The translations under genes and the position numbers were made by a program. Below, in pieces: positions 13,672 through 26,271 of a stretch of DNA of 64,000 nucleotides. The notes under the pieces are model-generated. The model was not told where the DNA came from. It searched no databases and was given only the letters and a program-made list of their open reading frames with translations. Origin of the DNA: Spironucleus salmonicida (Eukaryota); the NCBI RefSeq assembly GCF_000497125.1, contig NC_090597.1, forward strand, positions 1,437,797 through 1,501,796. Direction: 5' to 3'. How positions within the stretch are numbered: position 1 is the stretch's first letter; each line of letters begins with the position of its first letter.

Positions 13672-15456
13672 ATGCTTACTGCGCATTAAACAGAGTTTAT
13701 GAAAAGAACTCTAGTGCCGTTTTTAAAACGACAGCTATTAGAGGATTAAGATAACGCATAGTCTCCTTCTGAGTACAGTAGAACTTAGCCATAGTTAATT
13801 GATTCTTAAACCCAAACTACCTCGTACTTACCTATTTAAAAGTTTGACCCAGTTTCTATTTTTTACTAAACCTAATCATAATTACCTTCTTAAACTGATT
13901 AAATGACAAACCTAAAGCTTTAACTCTCATAAACTCACAGACAAAATTTAGATTCTGCTTTGAAGATGTTAACAGAACAGCATAAAACGACTATAAATTC
14001 ACTTAATGATTGTTTGACTTCAGAAAGAACATCAAGGGAAAGCGAAAACAAATTTTATACTACTTAAATTTCCTCCCTGTAATAAAAACTTGAAGCTGCA
14101 GAGATTGATAAAAGATGCAATTTGTGTTTTTCGTGCTAAAAAATAACTAAAGAAATCAATGAAAAATATGTAGCTGATAGTGAGGCGCATATTGATGTGC
14201 TAGAATAGGAAAATCGTGATTTGAAACGAAATTTGCATGTTTTACAGCAGAACTAGGAAGAATTAATTGAAGAATGTAGAAATTTAGGATAATAAAAAGA
14301 TAAATTATATGCGAGGATTTAAAAATTAGAGTAAAGTACCGTTTTATATTAGTAGCTTATTTAAAAACTTTAGAATATGCAGCGAATTGGTAACTATGGG
14401 GGACCTAATAACTTGTATCAATCAATTTTATCTTCAGGAAATACTGGGTCTACAGGTTAAACTAGTAGTTCAATAGGATCCGAAGGAGTCTTTTAAATAT
14501 AAAACTAGTATTAATAATAATAATAAGGAATGCAAGCTAAAATGGTGGCCTAGTAGTAATAAATTTAGTTGGCTTTATAACAAATGTAATAACCATCAGG
14601 ATAATAACTACATTATAATTAATTTATTCCAACAGGCTTACCTAGTGTGCAGTAATAATAACTGTCAATGTAGCATTTAATATAATAATAATTACCGCAG
14701 TAAATGATTTTTACTCAAGATACTACTCCACCAGCGGTGCCCCATTTTTAAATTCCTACATAATAGTACTTGAACTAGTAGTAAATATTGACAGCTGATT
14801 AAAAATAGTTATAATAGTAATTAGTATAGTAGAAACATCAAATTTTAGAAGACTAGTAAGCGTAATCTTTATTATAGCCAGATTTTTCAGCTGAAGTACC
14901 AAATAAGCCTAATCGTGAATAGTCGACTGTAAAAGATTCTTAAATTAGTAAAATTTAACCTATATTGGATCTTTCAGATTCTGATAATGTACCAATTCAA
15001 TAAGAAAAGCCAAAAGGATTTTTAGATATCATTAAGAGCATGACAGATGTTTCAGATGATAGGCCTTCTAGTGTAGTACATAATGAAAACTTGTGTCCAG
15101 AATAAGTAATTCCATAAGTTGACGCTGCTAAAAAGCTAATTAGTAATACTAATCCTCCAGGCACGTTATCATTAAATGAAATTGTGAATAGTTTACCAAA
15201 ACTTCCACCCAAATAACCAAGTCATCCGAATTAATAAGTATAAAAAGAGCAAGATGATGACGATTTTGATGATTTTGATGAGTTCGGTAGCGATGATTTT
15301 GATTCACCTGGATAAAATTCGCCGCCAAAAATGGCACAAAAAATTTTCAGTCCTTAAAAATAATAGGAAGTTAAAAAGTATGATCTTAAATTTGAGACTG
15401 AGTCTATGAGCGAGATTAGCGATCCATTTGGTGGCAGTATTGATTTAGGTTTTTGA
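13672..15456 (+). CDS. Coiled-coil, Gln/Pro-rich protein with acidic-Phe motifs (594 aa)
   Basis: ATG 13672 to TGA 15454-15456; poly-Q encoded by TAA/TAG runs; DDDDFDDFDEFGSDDFD and C-terminal DPFGGSIDLGF*. Confidence 0.75.
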
Positions 15457-15681
15457 CTGATAATTATTATTATTCAATACTAGGACATAATAAATGGTTT
15501 TACTATTTAAAAATAAGTATAACTAATTTTTTATAACCATGTTTGCAAAAGTAATACTCATAATAATTTTTGAGTAATAATTTTATTTAATTAGTAGCCA
15601 TAGTATTAATAATATTATAAAACTTATAAAATAAGGAGTTTAAATAAAAATAGTCAATAAAATATATAATATTGTAGTAAT

Positions 15682-15981
15682 TCATTCCTTTATGTAGTCA
15701 AGTATTGTTTTATATGCCTTTTTAGTACTCTTTTCATTTAATCCTAGCATCATTTTTGCACAAATAGCACATTATCGTACATCTAATCGTTTTCTAAGAA
15801 CTGCGGCTGCCAATTAAATTGGATCTGGATGCTGCGAATCATCTAGTAATTATTAAAGGTATTGTACTGCATCTGAGTCTGTTAGTAACTTAGGATTATA
15901 CATTCTCAACAGCTTTATATCAATATCATATTTTTTAAGCGATGATATTGCGATTTTTCGACGAATTGTAAAACTAAGCAT
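15682..15981 (-). CDS. Hypothetical protein (99 aa)
   Basis: MLSFTIRRKIAISSLKK...VRQCAICAKMMLG...DYIKE*; protein-like composition, A-rich start context. Confidence 0.6.
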
Positions 15982-16182
15982 TTTCCAAAATCTAAAATGT
16001 ATATATTTGACTATTTTCCCTATTATAATAAGGAGAAACTAGAAAATATTATTTTAATTATTTTAATTTATTATATATGAATATATAGAGTGCTGAAATG
16101 TGTACAGTTTAAATAATATACTAAGTAATAATCATTTTTATCGTTAGTTTACTTATCTCTACAGATCTACAAATACTAGAAT

Positions 16183-16458
16183 ATGGCATATACCCCTGTA
16201 AACAGTGGTATTGTTATGACCAAACGAGTTGACAAACACATAAATTCCATATACAGCTCATCGATAAAGCAACTTATGGGTGTGATGGAAATCGCTGAGA
16301 AAATAATAATCAAATCTAAAAAACGAAATTCCCTCTATATAATAACCTTATTAAATGATTTTTGTGATATATTGGCTAGTTTTCACAAGAAAAATGTAAG
16401 AGTATCAGAATGTGTATATAAGTTAGGAGAACTTTGGGAACTAATTAATAATGAATGA
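16183..16458 (+). CDS. Hypothetical protein (91 aa)
   Basis: Track ORF ending in a genuine TGA; no motif recognised. Confidence 0.4.
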   Translation: MAYTPVNSGIVMTKRVDKHINSIYSSSIKQLMGVMEIAEKIIIKSKKRNSLYIITLLNDFCDILASFHKKNVRVSECVYKLGELWELINNE

Positions 16459-16772
16459 ATTCATTTAATTTTTAGAAATTTTTATTCTGCAAATGACAGC
16501 ATCACAAACTTAATATAAGTATAAATAATAAACCATAAAATATTATCATCAATTGAAATATTTCTATTATTTTATTGTATATATTTTTGCAATATCTTTA
16601 ATAAATCCTTATATGATATGATAAGATAACATAATTATTAATTCTTTATCACATAACTAAATTCAGCTCCTAACTATTTAGATATTATAAACATAAAAAG
16701 AATTAAAATGTTAATCTAAATTGGAAATAAATTATTATACTATATTTATAATATACTTAGCAAAAATATAAA

Positions 16773-19049
16773 ATGCTGAGTGTAAAACACAAAGCACTAA
16801 TATCTAACGCTTTACAATCCAATAGCCCATCTAAAATTACTCAAGCTTTAAATTTTATAAATAAAACTAAAGATCCTCACCTGATATTAAATAATCTAAA
16901 AACTATATCAATTGAGAATGAGTAGCTATAATTACAGCTTACTGAATCACAAGATTCTAGAGAGATACTTGATGAAATTAATTCAGATTTGCATAAAAAA
17001 TTATCTTCATAACAACGTGAAATATAAGATTTAAGCAAAGAGATTGGATTACGTGCATCAGATTTAAGATTACAAATAGGTTTGCGAGAAGAAGTTAAAG
17101 AGATAAGAATTAAAATTGTAGATAAAGATGTATTAATTAATTAATAAAAAACTGTTATTAATAGTTTGAATCAGCGATTGTTGTCTGTTATGGCAGAAAA
17201 GTAGCATATTGAAAATTTATTAAGGTTGACTTAAGAATCATAGAAGAGTATTTAAGAGGTTTTTGATAAGGTAAATTTTCAATCAATGGATTAAGAAAAG
17301 ATGATATAGCGGTTGCAAGGATCTTTAGAATCATCTATTAACCATAATAATTAGATGAATGATGTTGTTAATAAGCTAATTTTAACATTAACTGATAATG
17401 ATGATATTATATCTAGATTAAGATATAGTAATGGGGGTCTTGAAAATTAATTTTAGGCTGTTATGTAAGGGTTACTCAATATATAATGCACAAATAATTA
17501 ATAAGAGAAAATAATGAAGATATAATAGGTTGAGACGGTTAGGGCTCGAAATGAACTTTTTAAATAATAAGTTGAATTTGGCTAAGTTTCTGATGTAATA
17601 ATGTAAGAAATTAAAAATGCAGATCATAACATATTTTTATTAAAAAGATAAATTGATGGATTATAAGTATAGAACCAGACACAATTATTAATAATCGAAA
17701 GCTAAAAACTAGAGAGCAAATAATCAATAAATGATATTTCTGATAAATCTAATATAATATAAGTACTTTCAACAAAATTAACAAAATTATAAGAATAATA
17801 ATTTGACTAGGATAAGTTATTAGCACTACAAACTGCTTAATCTTAAAAATATAAGGAAGAGATAATGCTTTTTAAGACGTAAAATTTATCTTCTAATAGA
17901 AATTTAGAAATTGAAAACAAAAATTTAAAATATTAGCTAGCCAGATATTAAAAAATTTAGGATAAACTACGAGGCAGAATAGATGATTTGAGTTGTCTAT
18001 AAAGCATGAATGAGTTAGATAATGTTTCAAAAACAGATATGACGTTTAACATAGAAGAAAACAATGAACCTGTAGTAGATTTATAGAATAATACTAATAG
18101 TAAGCTAAATAGTATATTAGACAATTAATCACAGGATATTGGGTTTTAAACTCCCAGACTTATGTTAGAAGAAAACTAATCGTATAGTATACCAGAAAAT
18201 ACAGATACAATCACTGGATAGCCACATTCTAATAGAGTATCTCAAATTTAATAATTTATTTCACCTAATGTGTAAATTCCATAGATACCAAAACCTAGAT
18301 TGTAAGTGGAAAAATAGTAATTCGCAGTAAGTACTTTATAATCCGATTAATAAATATCTGAGTAAGAAGAATATTAATCAATCAACTAATAAATTAAAAA
18401 TATAGAAAATTAGCTAGAAAGCACATAGGGAGAAGTGGAAGTTGTTGAAGGCTTGCGTACTTAGTAGATATAAAATATATCATAATAATCTATACCAGAT
18501 CTTTTAAATATAGAAAATTCTAGGTAAGCTAATTTTTACTAACAATCAACTGTAGATGAAACAATATTGTCTGATAATTAGAAAAACTAACAATTAGATA
18601 TGAATATGGTAAACTCATAATATAATATTGATGAACCTTCTATGTTAGACGTTGGTAAGAAAAGCATCGGAGAATTTGATAAATTTCTCAGAAAGGAAAG
18701 TAATATTTAGTTAGAGAAAAAATAGTCATAATAACGAGTTAATCCTTTTGAACAAGAATCTAATATAGATGCAACACTTCTAGAGCAAGAATACTACAGC
18801 AGGTTAAATTAGATCCAGATACCGGATACTTCTTCTCTCAGTCCAAATTCCGTAGATGTTTCTTATAACCAAAATAATTATAATAATGATATCAGCTATG
18901 TTGAAGGAGTATTTATACCTAAAATGGAAAAAACTGGGGCTATCAGAGATCCATAGCCTTTATAAGAAGAATAACCAGAATAAAATGAGTTCTTTAAATA
19001 ACAAGCTCAGTTGAGGGAATTACGAAAGCAAGGTTTTCAAGTCAAGTGA
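16773..19049 (+). CDS. Coiled-coil protein with acidic low-complexity tail (758 aa)
   Basis: ATG 16773 to AAG TGA 19047-19049 in one frame; Q/E/L/K heptad-like N-terminal half. Confidence 0.75.
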
Positions 19050-19144
19050 AATCGGTTTTACTTAATATTATTAGCTATTTATGTTTTCAAAGTTTTATAT
19101 AAAACTATATTATTGTATTATACTAAAATAACTATTTTATTTTA

Positions 19145-22100
19145 ATGGCTGAATAACTGGACTGTTCTGAAATACCATAAACTTCATACAAACTGGTGAC
19201 TTAAGTCGGAAAAGGTGCATTTTCGCGTGTATTTCTAGCTTATACACCCGATTTCTAAAGGCGTGCTGTGAAAAGAATCCGTTTAACAACGAAACCCCAT
19301 ATGCTGTTAAAAGAGATTGAGTATCTTCGAAAATTAACAAATAAACCGTCAATAGTGCAACTTGTGGACATCAAATTCTCACCGTAAACTCTTTAAACCA
19401 CAGTTATTACGAATTTTCTGTCCTCAGACGAATTTAAGAAGTTGTTGCCAAGTTTTACTCCAAAAATGACGTAAAGCTATATGTTTCAGCTTCTACAAGG
19501 CCTTTCGCACCTGGAATCGGTATCTGGAGGTCTCTTGCACCGTGATGTGAAACCAGGAAATTTCATGTTCAACGCAACGACCTCCCAAGGCATGCTAATC
19601 GATTTCGGCCTCGCGCAATCGTAGCGAGAGGCCAAAGAGTTCGCTATTTTGCGTACGAAATAGGCACCGCTAAACCCGCCGCTGGAACGCACCAAAAACC
19701 TACCGCAGTTCATCAACAAGAAACAGGTCCAGACGACACCGATTCCGCCGCAGCCGCACTCAGGAACGCACGGCTACCGTGCACCAGAAATTCTGCTACC
19801 GGTAGCGTACTAAACGCCAAAAATTGATACCTGGAGCGCTGGCGTCATCCTGCTGCAAATTCTAACATCCAAGACGTCAATTTTCCGTGGCATCCCGAAC
19901 TTGGATGTCCATGAAATTCTCGCTATACGCTCTATCATGGGCGCGGATCGCTTCGTGCAGTCCATGAACGCCATTGGGGCCGACTTTGCGCTCACAGCAG
20001 CCTCACCGCAAAACTTGGCCTTTTCAATCGAGGAGCTCTCACAGCAGTACAACCCAGAGCTCTTCGCAGCTATCGACTTTTCTGTATTCGAGCTCTGTCG
20101 GAAGCTGCTCGAATTCGATCCCAAAAAGCGTATTACAGCATCGTAGGCGCTCCAAATGCCGTTTTTTAAGCGAAAAATGGCAGAAAAAACACTATTCAAT
20201 GGTGATTTTCAGCGGAGCGTGATAACGCAGATAAGCAATCTAAAGGAGTCAGATAATGTGGTTTTTTGTTTAAAGAAGCGATGTAATGATATAAGCGAGA
20301 TTATTCAAATCAGTAAGAGCATGTAGGAGACGCTGCTGGATGACTACAGCAAGCTCGGTGGTGGGAGTTTGAGCTTTCAAAAGGAGCTAATCAAGGACAT
20401 TGAGAAAAATGGGCGGAAACATCGACTGCTACGGGGGTAAGTTACGCCTTTTGGTTAGGTAATCGAGCGTAATGTGTAGGTTTTTAGCATCGACTAGAGC
20501 CAAAAATGCGAGCTGAAAACTGTATAGCTGAGTGCAAGTTCATCATATTTGGTGGACGAGAAACTTTCAGAAAAGAGCATCCAGCGGGCGAATTTAGACA
20601 ACGAGATGCGCCAACGTGCTGTACGGAACACGAGTGTACGGAGGCGGCTAGATGCCCAAATTCAATCTATAAAAGTGCTAATTAAGGAGCTTTTAATTTA
20701 GTAGTAAAAAGTTAGACGCGAAGCAGAATTGTACAGGAGAACTTTGATTAACAGCAAATATATTCATTTTCAGTAGGTTGTGATATAAGACAATACCTAC
20801 CGAAAGGATATTTAACTAGAAAAATATGAAAATATAGCTTAAATAGGCAAACTGAATATAAACAGATAGCTTGAAATGAATACAGTAAGGTACCAGGCGT
20901 ATGATGTAGCGGTTCCGATTGTTGAATTTCAGTCATCAGCGAGCGAGGCGGTGCATGTTAATTCATTGCTCAAAGATCTTACATCTTTGTCACATTAGCT
21001 TGTACTTAAAAAATCAGCAGTTATACAGGAGGATTTCGAAGACAAGTTGGTGCATAATACAACATTGACAAAAGATCAATTTAAAGAATATCTTAATCTA
21101 CGTGATAGTAGGCGAAAGTACAGTTAGTTAATGCTTTAAATTACTTAAAATGATACATAAATCGAGGATTTAAAATAGCAGAAGCATCTCATTTAGGGAT
21201 AATAAGCGTTCTATGAAAAGTCATCCAGTTATCAGTAATAACTTATTTAGATTACCGCTTCTTTGTCCGATATTCAAGAAAAAATCAACTCGATGACTTT
21301 CTAGACGAATTCCCTGTATTCTCAGTTAGATATTATTACTTTTGATCATCCAAATCTTCCTCAAATTGTACACAAAATCCACCCTCAAGTCGAAAATTTC
21401 TCGGACACCATAACGCTGTTAGAGGAATATTCTGGTATGAATCCATACTACTCAATTGCAGAGGCAGACGAGAATATTTCGAACAACGATCGTGCTATAA
21501 AGAACTAATAAGCTAAACAGCGATAATATAATAACAATAAAATTCGTAGAAATTTGCGTACTTTCGAACATAAAAATGCAATGTAACAGTCAGATACATT
21601 GCATCGCTTATATGATACCGTTTCCGTTCCAATCAAAAATATGCTTGTCGACTAAACTCCTAATATTATTGCAGACTAAGAAACTATATAAAGCTATATT
21701 AACCAAAATTTGTAAAAAATTTTGAACGGGCCCTCAACACCACTCCCAAAGTGTCTTATGCGTGTTGTTCTTACAGCCTTCACTCGGCAGTAGACAAGTT
21801 CAAAATTAAGTAAAATACTAAATGGAAAACTCTCTCTTTATTATGCAAATCCAGCCTAGCTCTTCGCAAATGCAACATTTGAGCCTTCAATGTTGTACTC
21901 TTCACTTTAAAATGCTAATATTTCGCAGCGTAATAAACTTCGTTCTGTGCTGGTGAGACTGGCAAACACTTGTACTTTTTACGTTAATTCATCACTAGCG
22001 CGTAAAGACTTGATATTGGCTTGTTAGTGTGCAGGAGGTGTTCCTGGTGTTCCCATGATCGCTGGAAAGGATAAAAAATAGGAAGTGCATTTGGATGAGT

Positions 22101-22417
22101 TTGCTGAAATGTACCCAAAGAGCTTTGCATACGTAGAAAAAATTTATTAATAAAGCGTTAAAAATATTGTCTAGAGGCCAGATATGCTTAATAAGGCAAT
22201 TGAGGAGCTAGAGGATGCTGAAAAAGCCATAAAGGCTCGAATTTTCGAAATTTCAATCGAGGAATTATATTAAAAGACTAAATAGAAATGGTTGGATGAT
22301 TTACGAACTGGAATGCGTGAATATGGACCAGATTTCGTTCGGTAGATGAGTTAAGGAGTTAGAAATAATTAGGAAATACGTAACCGAAGATAAATTATTA
22401 AGAAATATGTTAAGTGA
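19145..22417 (+). CDS. CDC7: CDC7-like Ser/Thr kinase with ~750-aa C-terminal extension (1090 aa)
   Basis: VGKGAFSRVF, AVKRI, HRDVKPGNF, LIDFGLAQ followed by a kinase insert, GTHGYRAPE, DTWSAGVILL, LLEFDPKKRITA. DFGLAQ + insert + GTxGxRAPE is characteristic of CDC7. Confidence 0.8.
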
Positions 22418-22451
22418 TATTATATAATAAATATAAACAAATTGAAAAATA

Positions 22452-23600
22452 ATGCCTAATTTTGATTTTTCAGATTCTGAAGAGGTTAAGGATATTTAGA
22501 TGAATCCTTATAGTCATAATTACACTAAACTAGATAAAATTGGTATCTTTTCTTTATAGACTAACTATTTTGATGCTCTGGATAATATATAAAATTAGCA
22601 GAAGTAGTTAACACAATCTGAATTTGATTCAGATTACAAGGTGTAGATCTAATCGAAAATGAGAGCAGATCCATAAAATGCATCAAATTTTATTACTAAT
22701 GAAGTGAATAAACTTGGAAATGAGTTTAAGATTTTTTCTAAAAATTATGTAAAATCACTTAGAGATATAAAGTAAAAGCTAAAAAAATAATTAGATAATG
22801 TAGAAACACCAGGAGGAAGTTAATCAGTTCGGTATTAAATTTCCGAAATAGAAAAGATTTTGCATAGTATTAACGAAGCATTACACAATAATGATAAAAT
22901 ATAACCTGAAGAAAAAGTATAAATTATTCAGAATAGTTTTATTCAAAATATTAGTAATAGTTCTAAGACAATATTAGAGGATATATCATTTAAGATGCCT
23001 TTAAAGCCTAAATCAGAGCTTTTTTATAGCCAAGTTGCTGAACGTAATTTCTTCACCAGAAAACATGTTTATCCAATTGCTATGCCATAGTCTTTGTATC
23101 ATAGTAACGGTAAATATAAAGTTGAAGTATATTCTCCAGATATAATTTTCAATACTACTCATATACCTTTATCATGTATTGGCTAATAAATTAAAAATAT
23201 TCTAACTCTACCATCATCTGAATTGTCAGATTTCTAGGCAAATTGCTTGTACGCAACATTTTTATATACTTTGAAATATCATTCAGATATTATTTTCGAC
23301 AGTTAATAGTTTATCGATATGCCCAAGTAACTATTATCATTATAATACTATATTCTATCTGGAGAACCAAAATATGTGTTATTAGAGGGGTAGTTTTAGA
23401 TCTCAAGAGGTATTATAACTTCAGAAATGATAGGTAATATTGCTATAAGTTATGAGTATGATGGCCCATAATTGCCAAAAGGAGAAGTAGAAAGATTAAA
23501 GTAAGGGTCTAAGTTAGTACGGTTTAATTATGAGTCTATAGTGCGGATTTGGGGGAGGCTGCTTAATATTGTAAGACGATATGTTATGACTAGAATATGA
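22452..23600 (+). CDS. Hypothetical protein (382 aa)
   Basis: ATG 22452 (MPNFDFSDSEE) to TGA 23598-23600 in one frame. Confidence 0.7.
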
Positions 23601-23953
23601 GAGGTAGATTTAACAAAATTAAATTATGATGATTATTATTTTCTATCATTGTTATGTGTTCGGTTTATCGTAAGATTAAAATGTGTATTTCCTGGTTTTA
23701 TTAAATAGTAATCAGTATCTCTTATTTGCAGATGTTAAAAAATTTATAATTTAATTATTTATATTTAATTAGACAATAAGGCTTTTAACTTTTAATAATT
23801 TTATACAATTAAATGATTGTGAAAAACAATATTTTATTTTTATTTTCACAACAATATCAGCAAACCCACAACAGAGATAAATTTATACTCAAATATTATT
23901 ATTTTTAGAAGAATATAAATAAAATATTTTACCATTCCCATGTTCTTTTCTAA

Positions 23954-26242
23954 ATGGGTATTCCACAATTTTTCCGTTGGTTGCAGAAAAGATATCCAAA
24001 TATCATATCTGATAGACCCTAGCTACCTATTGATAATCTATATTTAGATTTAAATGGTTTAGTACACCCTTGCTTCCACCCTCCAGAGAGAACAATACTC
24101 AATGAAGATTAAGTTTTCTAAGAAATGTTTATTCTGATGGATAAAGTTATAAAAGCAGTGAACCCGTAAAAATTAGTTTATATTGCAGTTGATGGTTGTG
24201 CACCTCGGGCTAAACTTTAATAACAAAGAAAACGTCGTTTTATTTCTGCATATGAGAAATAGTAAAAAATTATTGATTTAAAAAAAGATCTAGGTGAAGA
24301 AGCACTTAAAGAATATTTAGATAATTCAATGGATTAAAATTGCATTACTCCTGGTACAGAATTTATGGTTAAACTTAAAAAGGCATTAGTATATTATACT
24401 TCTACAAGATATACAGTTAATTTTATTTTAGATGATTGGTCAACTCCAGGAGAAGGAGAACATAAAATTATGTCTTTTATCAGGTCATAACGTTCAAAGC
24501 CAGATTACTCAGTAAAGACTTCTCATTGCATTTATGGTCTTGATGCTGATCTGATCATGCTTGCTCTATCTTCTCATGAACCAAATTTTTTCATATTTAG
24601 AGATTATATTAATTTTGACAAATAACAAACACTATGCAAATATTGTGCATAATTGCTAAACAATAAATCATAGGCATAAGATGTTATTGCACATATTGCT
24701 GGAAACTGTCCAAATTTTAAGCATTTAGGGTAACCACCAATAGCAAATTCTCATAAGTTTTTCTCGGTTAATATTTATACATTCCGATAATATTTATTCT
24801 AAGAATTTAATTGTCCGGCAAACTTTGAACGTATATTAGATGATTTTGTATTTTTATGCTTCTTAGCTGGGAATGATTTTCTTCCACATATTTCATGCTT
24901 GAAAATTGATGATGGAGGTATTATTCGGTTAATATAAGTTTATAACCAAAGTGTATTGCCTACTAAACGTTTTATTACAGACTCAGGATTTGTTGATTAT
25001 CAAATTTTTGCTGTTTTTATTTTTGAACTATCAAAGGCTGAAAATACTATTTTAAGAAAATTATGGAACGAAAAAAGAAGATACAAAACAATTATGGTGG
25101 ATAAAAAAATTAGAGAACTATCTATGTAGATTGAAAAATTATAGCTTGAAAATGCCCCTTAAGAAGAAATTGACCGTTTATTTGTCAAAAGACACAAAAT
25201 GATAGAAAATCCAGATATTTCATAAGAAATGCAAGATTATAATATAAAATTTGAAACTCAAAAACTTGACGAAAATGATACCTAGAAAATCCTCCTTTAG
25301 TACATATCTGTATAATCAGATGTTTACAAGCCTGATTTTAAAGAAAAGTACTACAACCGAAATATCAAAAACGTCAAAGATGCATGCCATTCATTTTTAA
25401 GAGGTATGTCATGGGTGTGCCACTATTATGCAAGAGGTTGCAATGATTGGGAGTGGTGTTATGAATTTGATTTTGCACCGCTAGTAGAAGATCTTATAAT
25501 TCATATTAAAACCTACAAACATGAACCGTTCAATTTGGCATCTTAGCCTCTCCTTCCTTACTAGCAGCTTCTAGCTGTACTACCACCAGCATCTGTATAG
25601 CTTCTGCCAGCTGCATATAGAAACTTAATGTTAGATCCAAATTCACCACTAAGACCATTTTACCCAAATAGAATTGTATGCGATGCTTCGCATGCACATG
25701 CTCTTTGGGCAGCTGAGATTTGCATGCCACCAGTTGATATCGGAAAAATTATTTCTGAGAGCGAGAAATGTACTCCAAACCTAAAAGAGTTTGAGATTGA
25801 TGCCAATAAATTTAGAGATCCTGTTATTATTCTTATGAAGAAAAATGAGTTTTTAGATACTAGTATAGCGAATTTAGAGTAGAATTAGACTAACTTTTTC
25901 AATTAAAGTTGTGCATAATCTTATTCTGGATACTATAAAAAGGAAGCTTTTGAGGTAGTTTAGAACACCTTTTTGGTTTACAGAAACAACTTTAAAGCTA
26001 TTTCTGACTTTTATTGTTAAAAGAACGATTCTGGGGACTCATTTTATTCATTTTAACCTGAAAAGCCAGTATTTAACAGCAAGGTGCGTCTATCTTTCAG
26101 TAACTGCAAAGTTAGCCCAGGGTTTTAGCTAAGTAAGTGTTATTTACCTGACTCGCTTACTACTGGATTCAACTTGAGCTCATGGCAGTCATCATTGCAA
26201 AAAAGATAACGTGATGATGATAGTATTTGGAGAGTTTAATGA
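23954..26242 (+). CDS. XRN2: 5'-3' exoribonuclease, XRN2/Rat1-like (762 aa)
   Basis: [102 protein letters not shown] and a Zn-knuckle-like insert favour XRN2 over XRN1. Confidence 0.92.
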
Positions 26243-26271
26243 TCTGATAATATTGACTTTTCACTCTTTGT

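Noticed and set aside
19137..20936. Several short track ORFs on both strands
   Set aside because: Shadows or fragments of the CDC7-like gene once TAA/TAG are read as Gln.
23626..23700. ATGATGA box C-like motif (C/D snoRNA)
   Set aside because: No CTGA box D at a suitable distance and no terminal stem.
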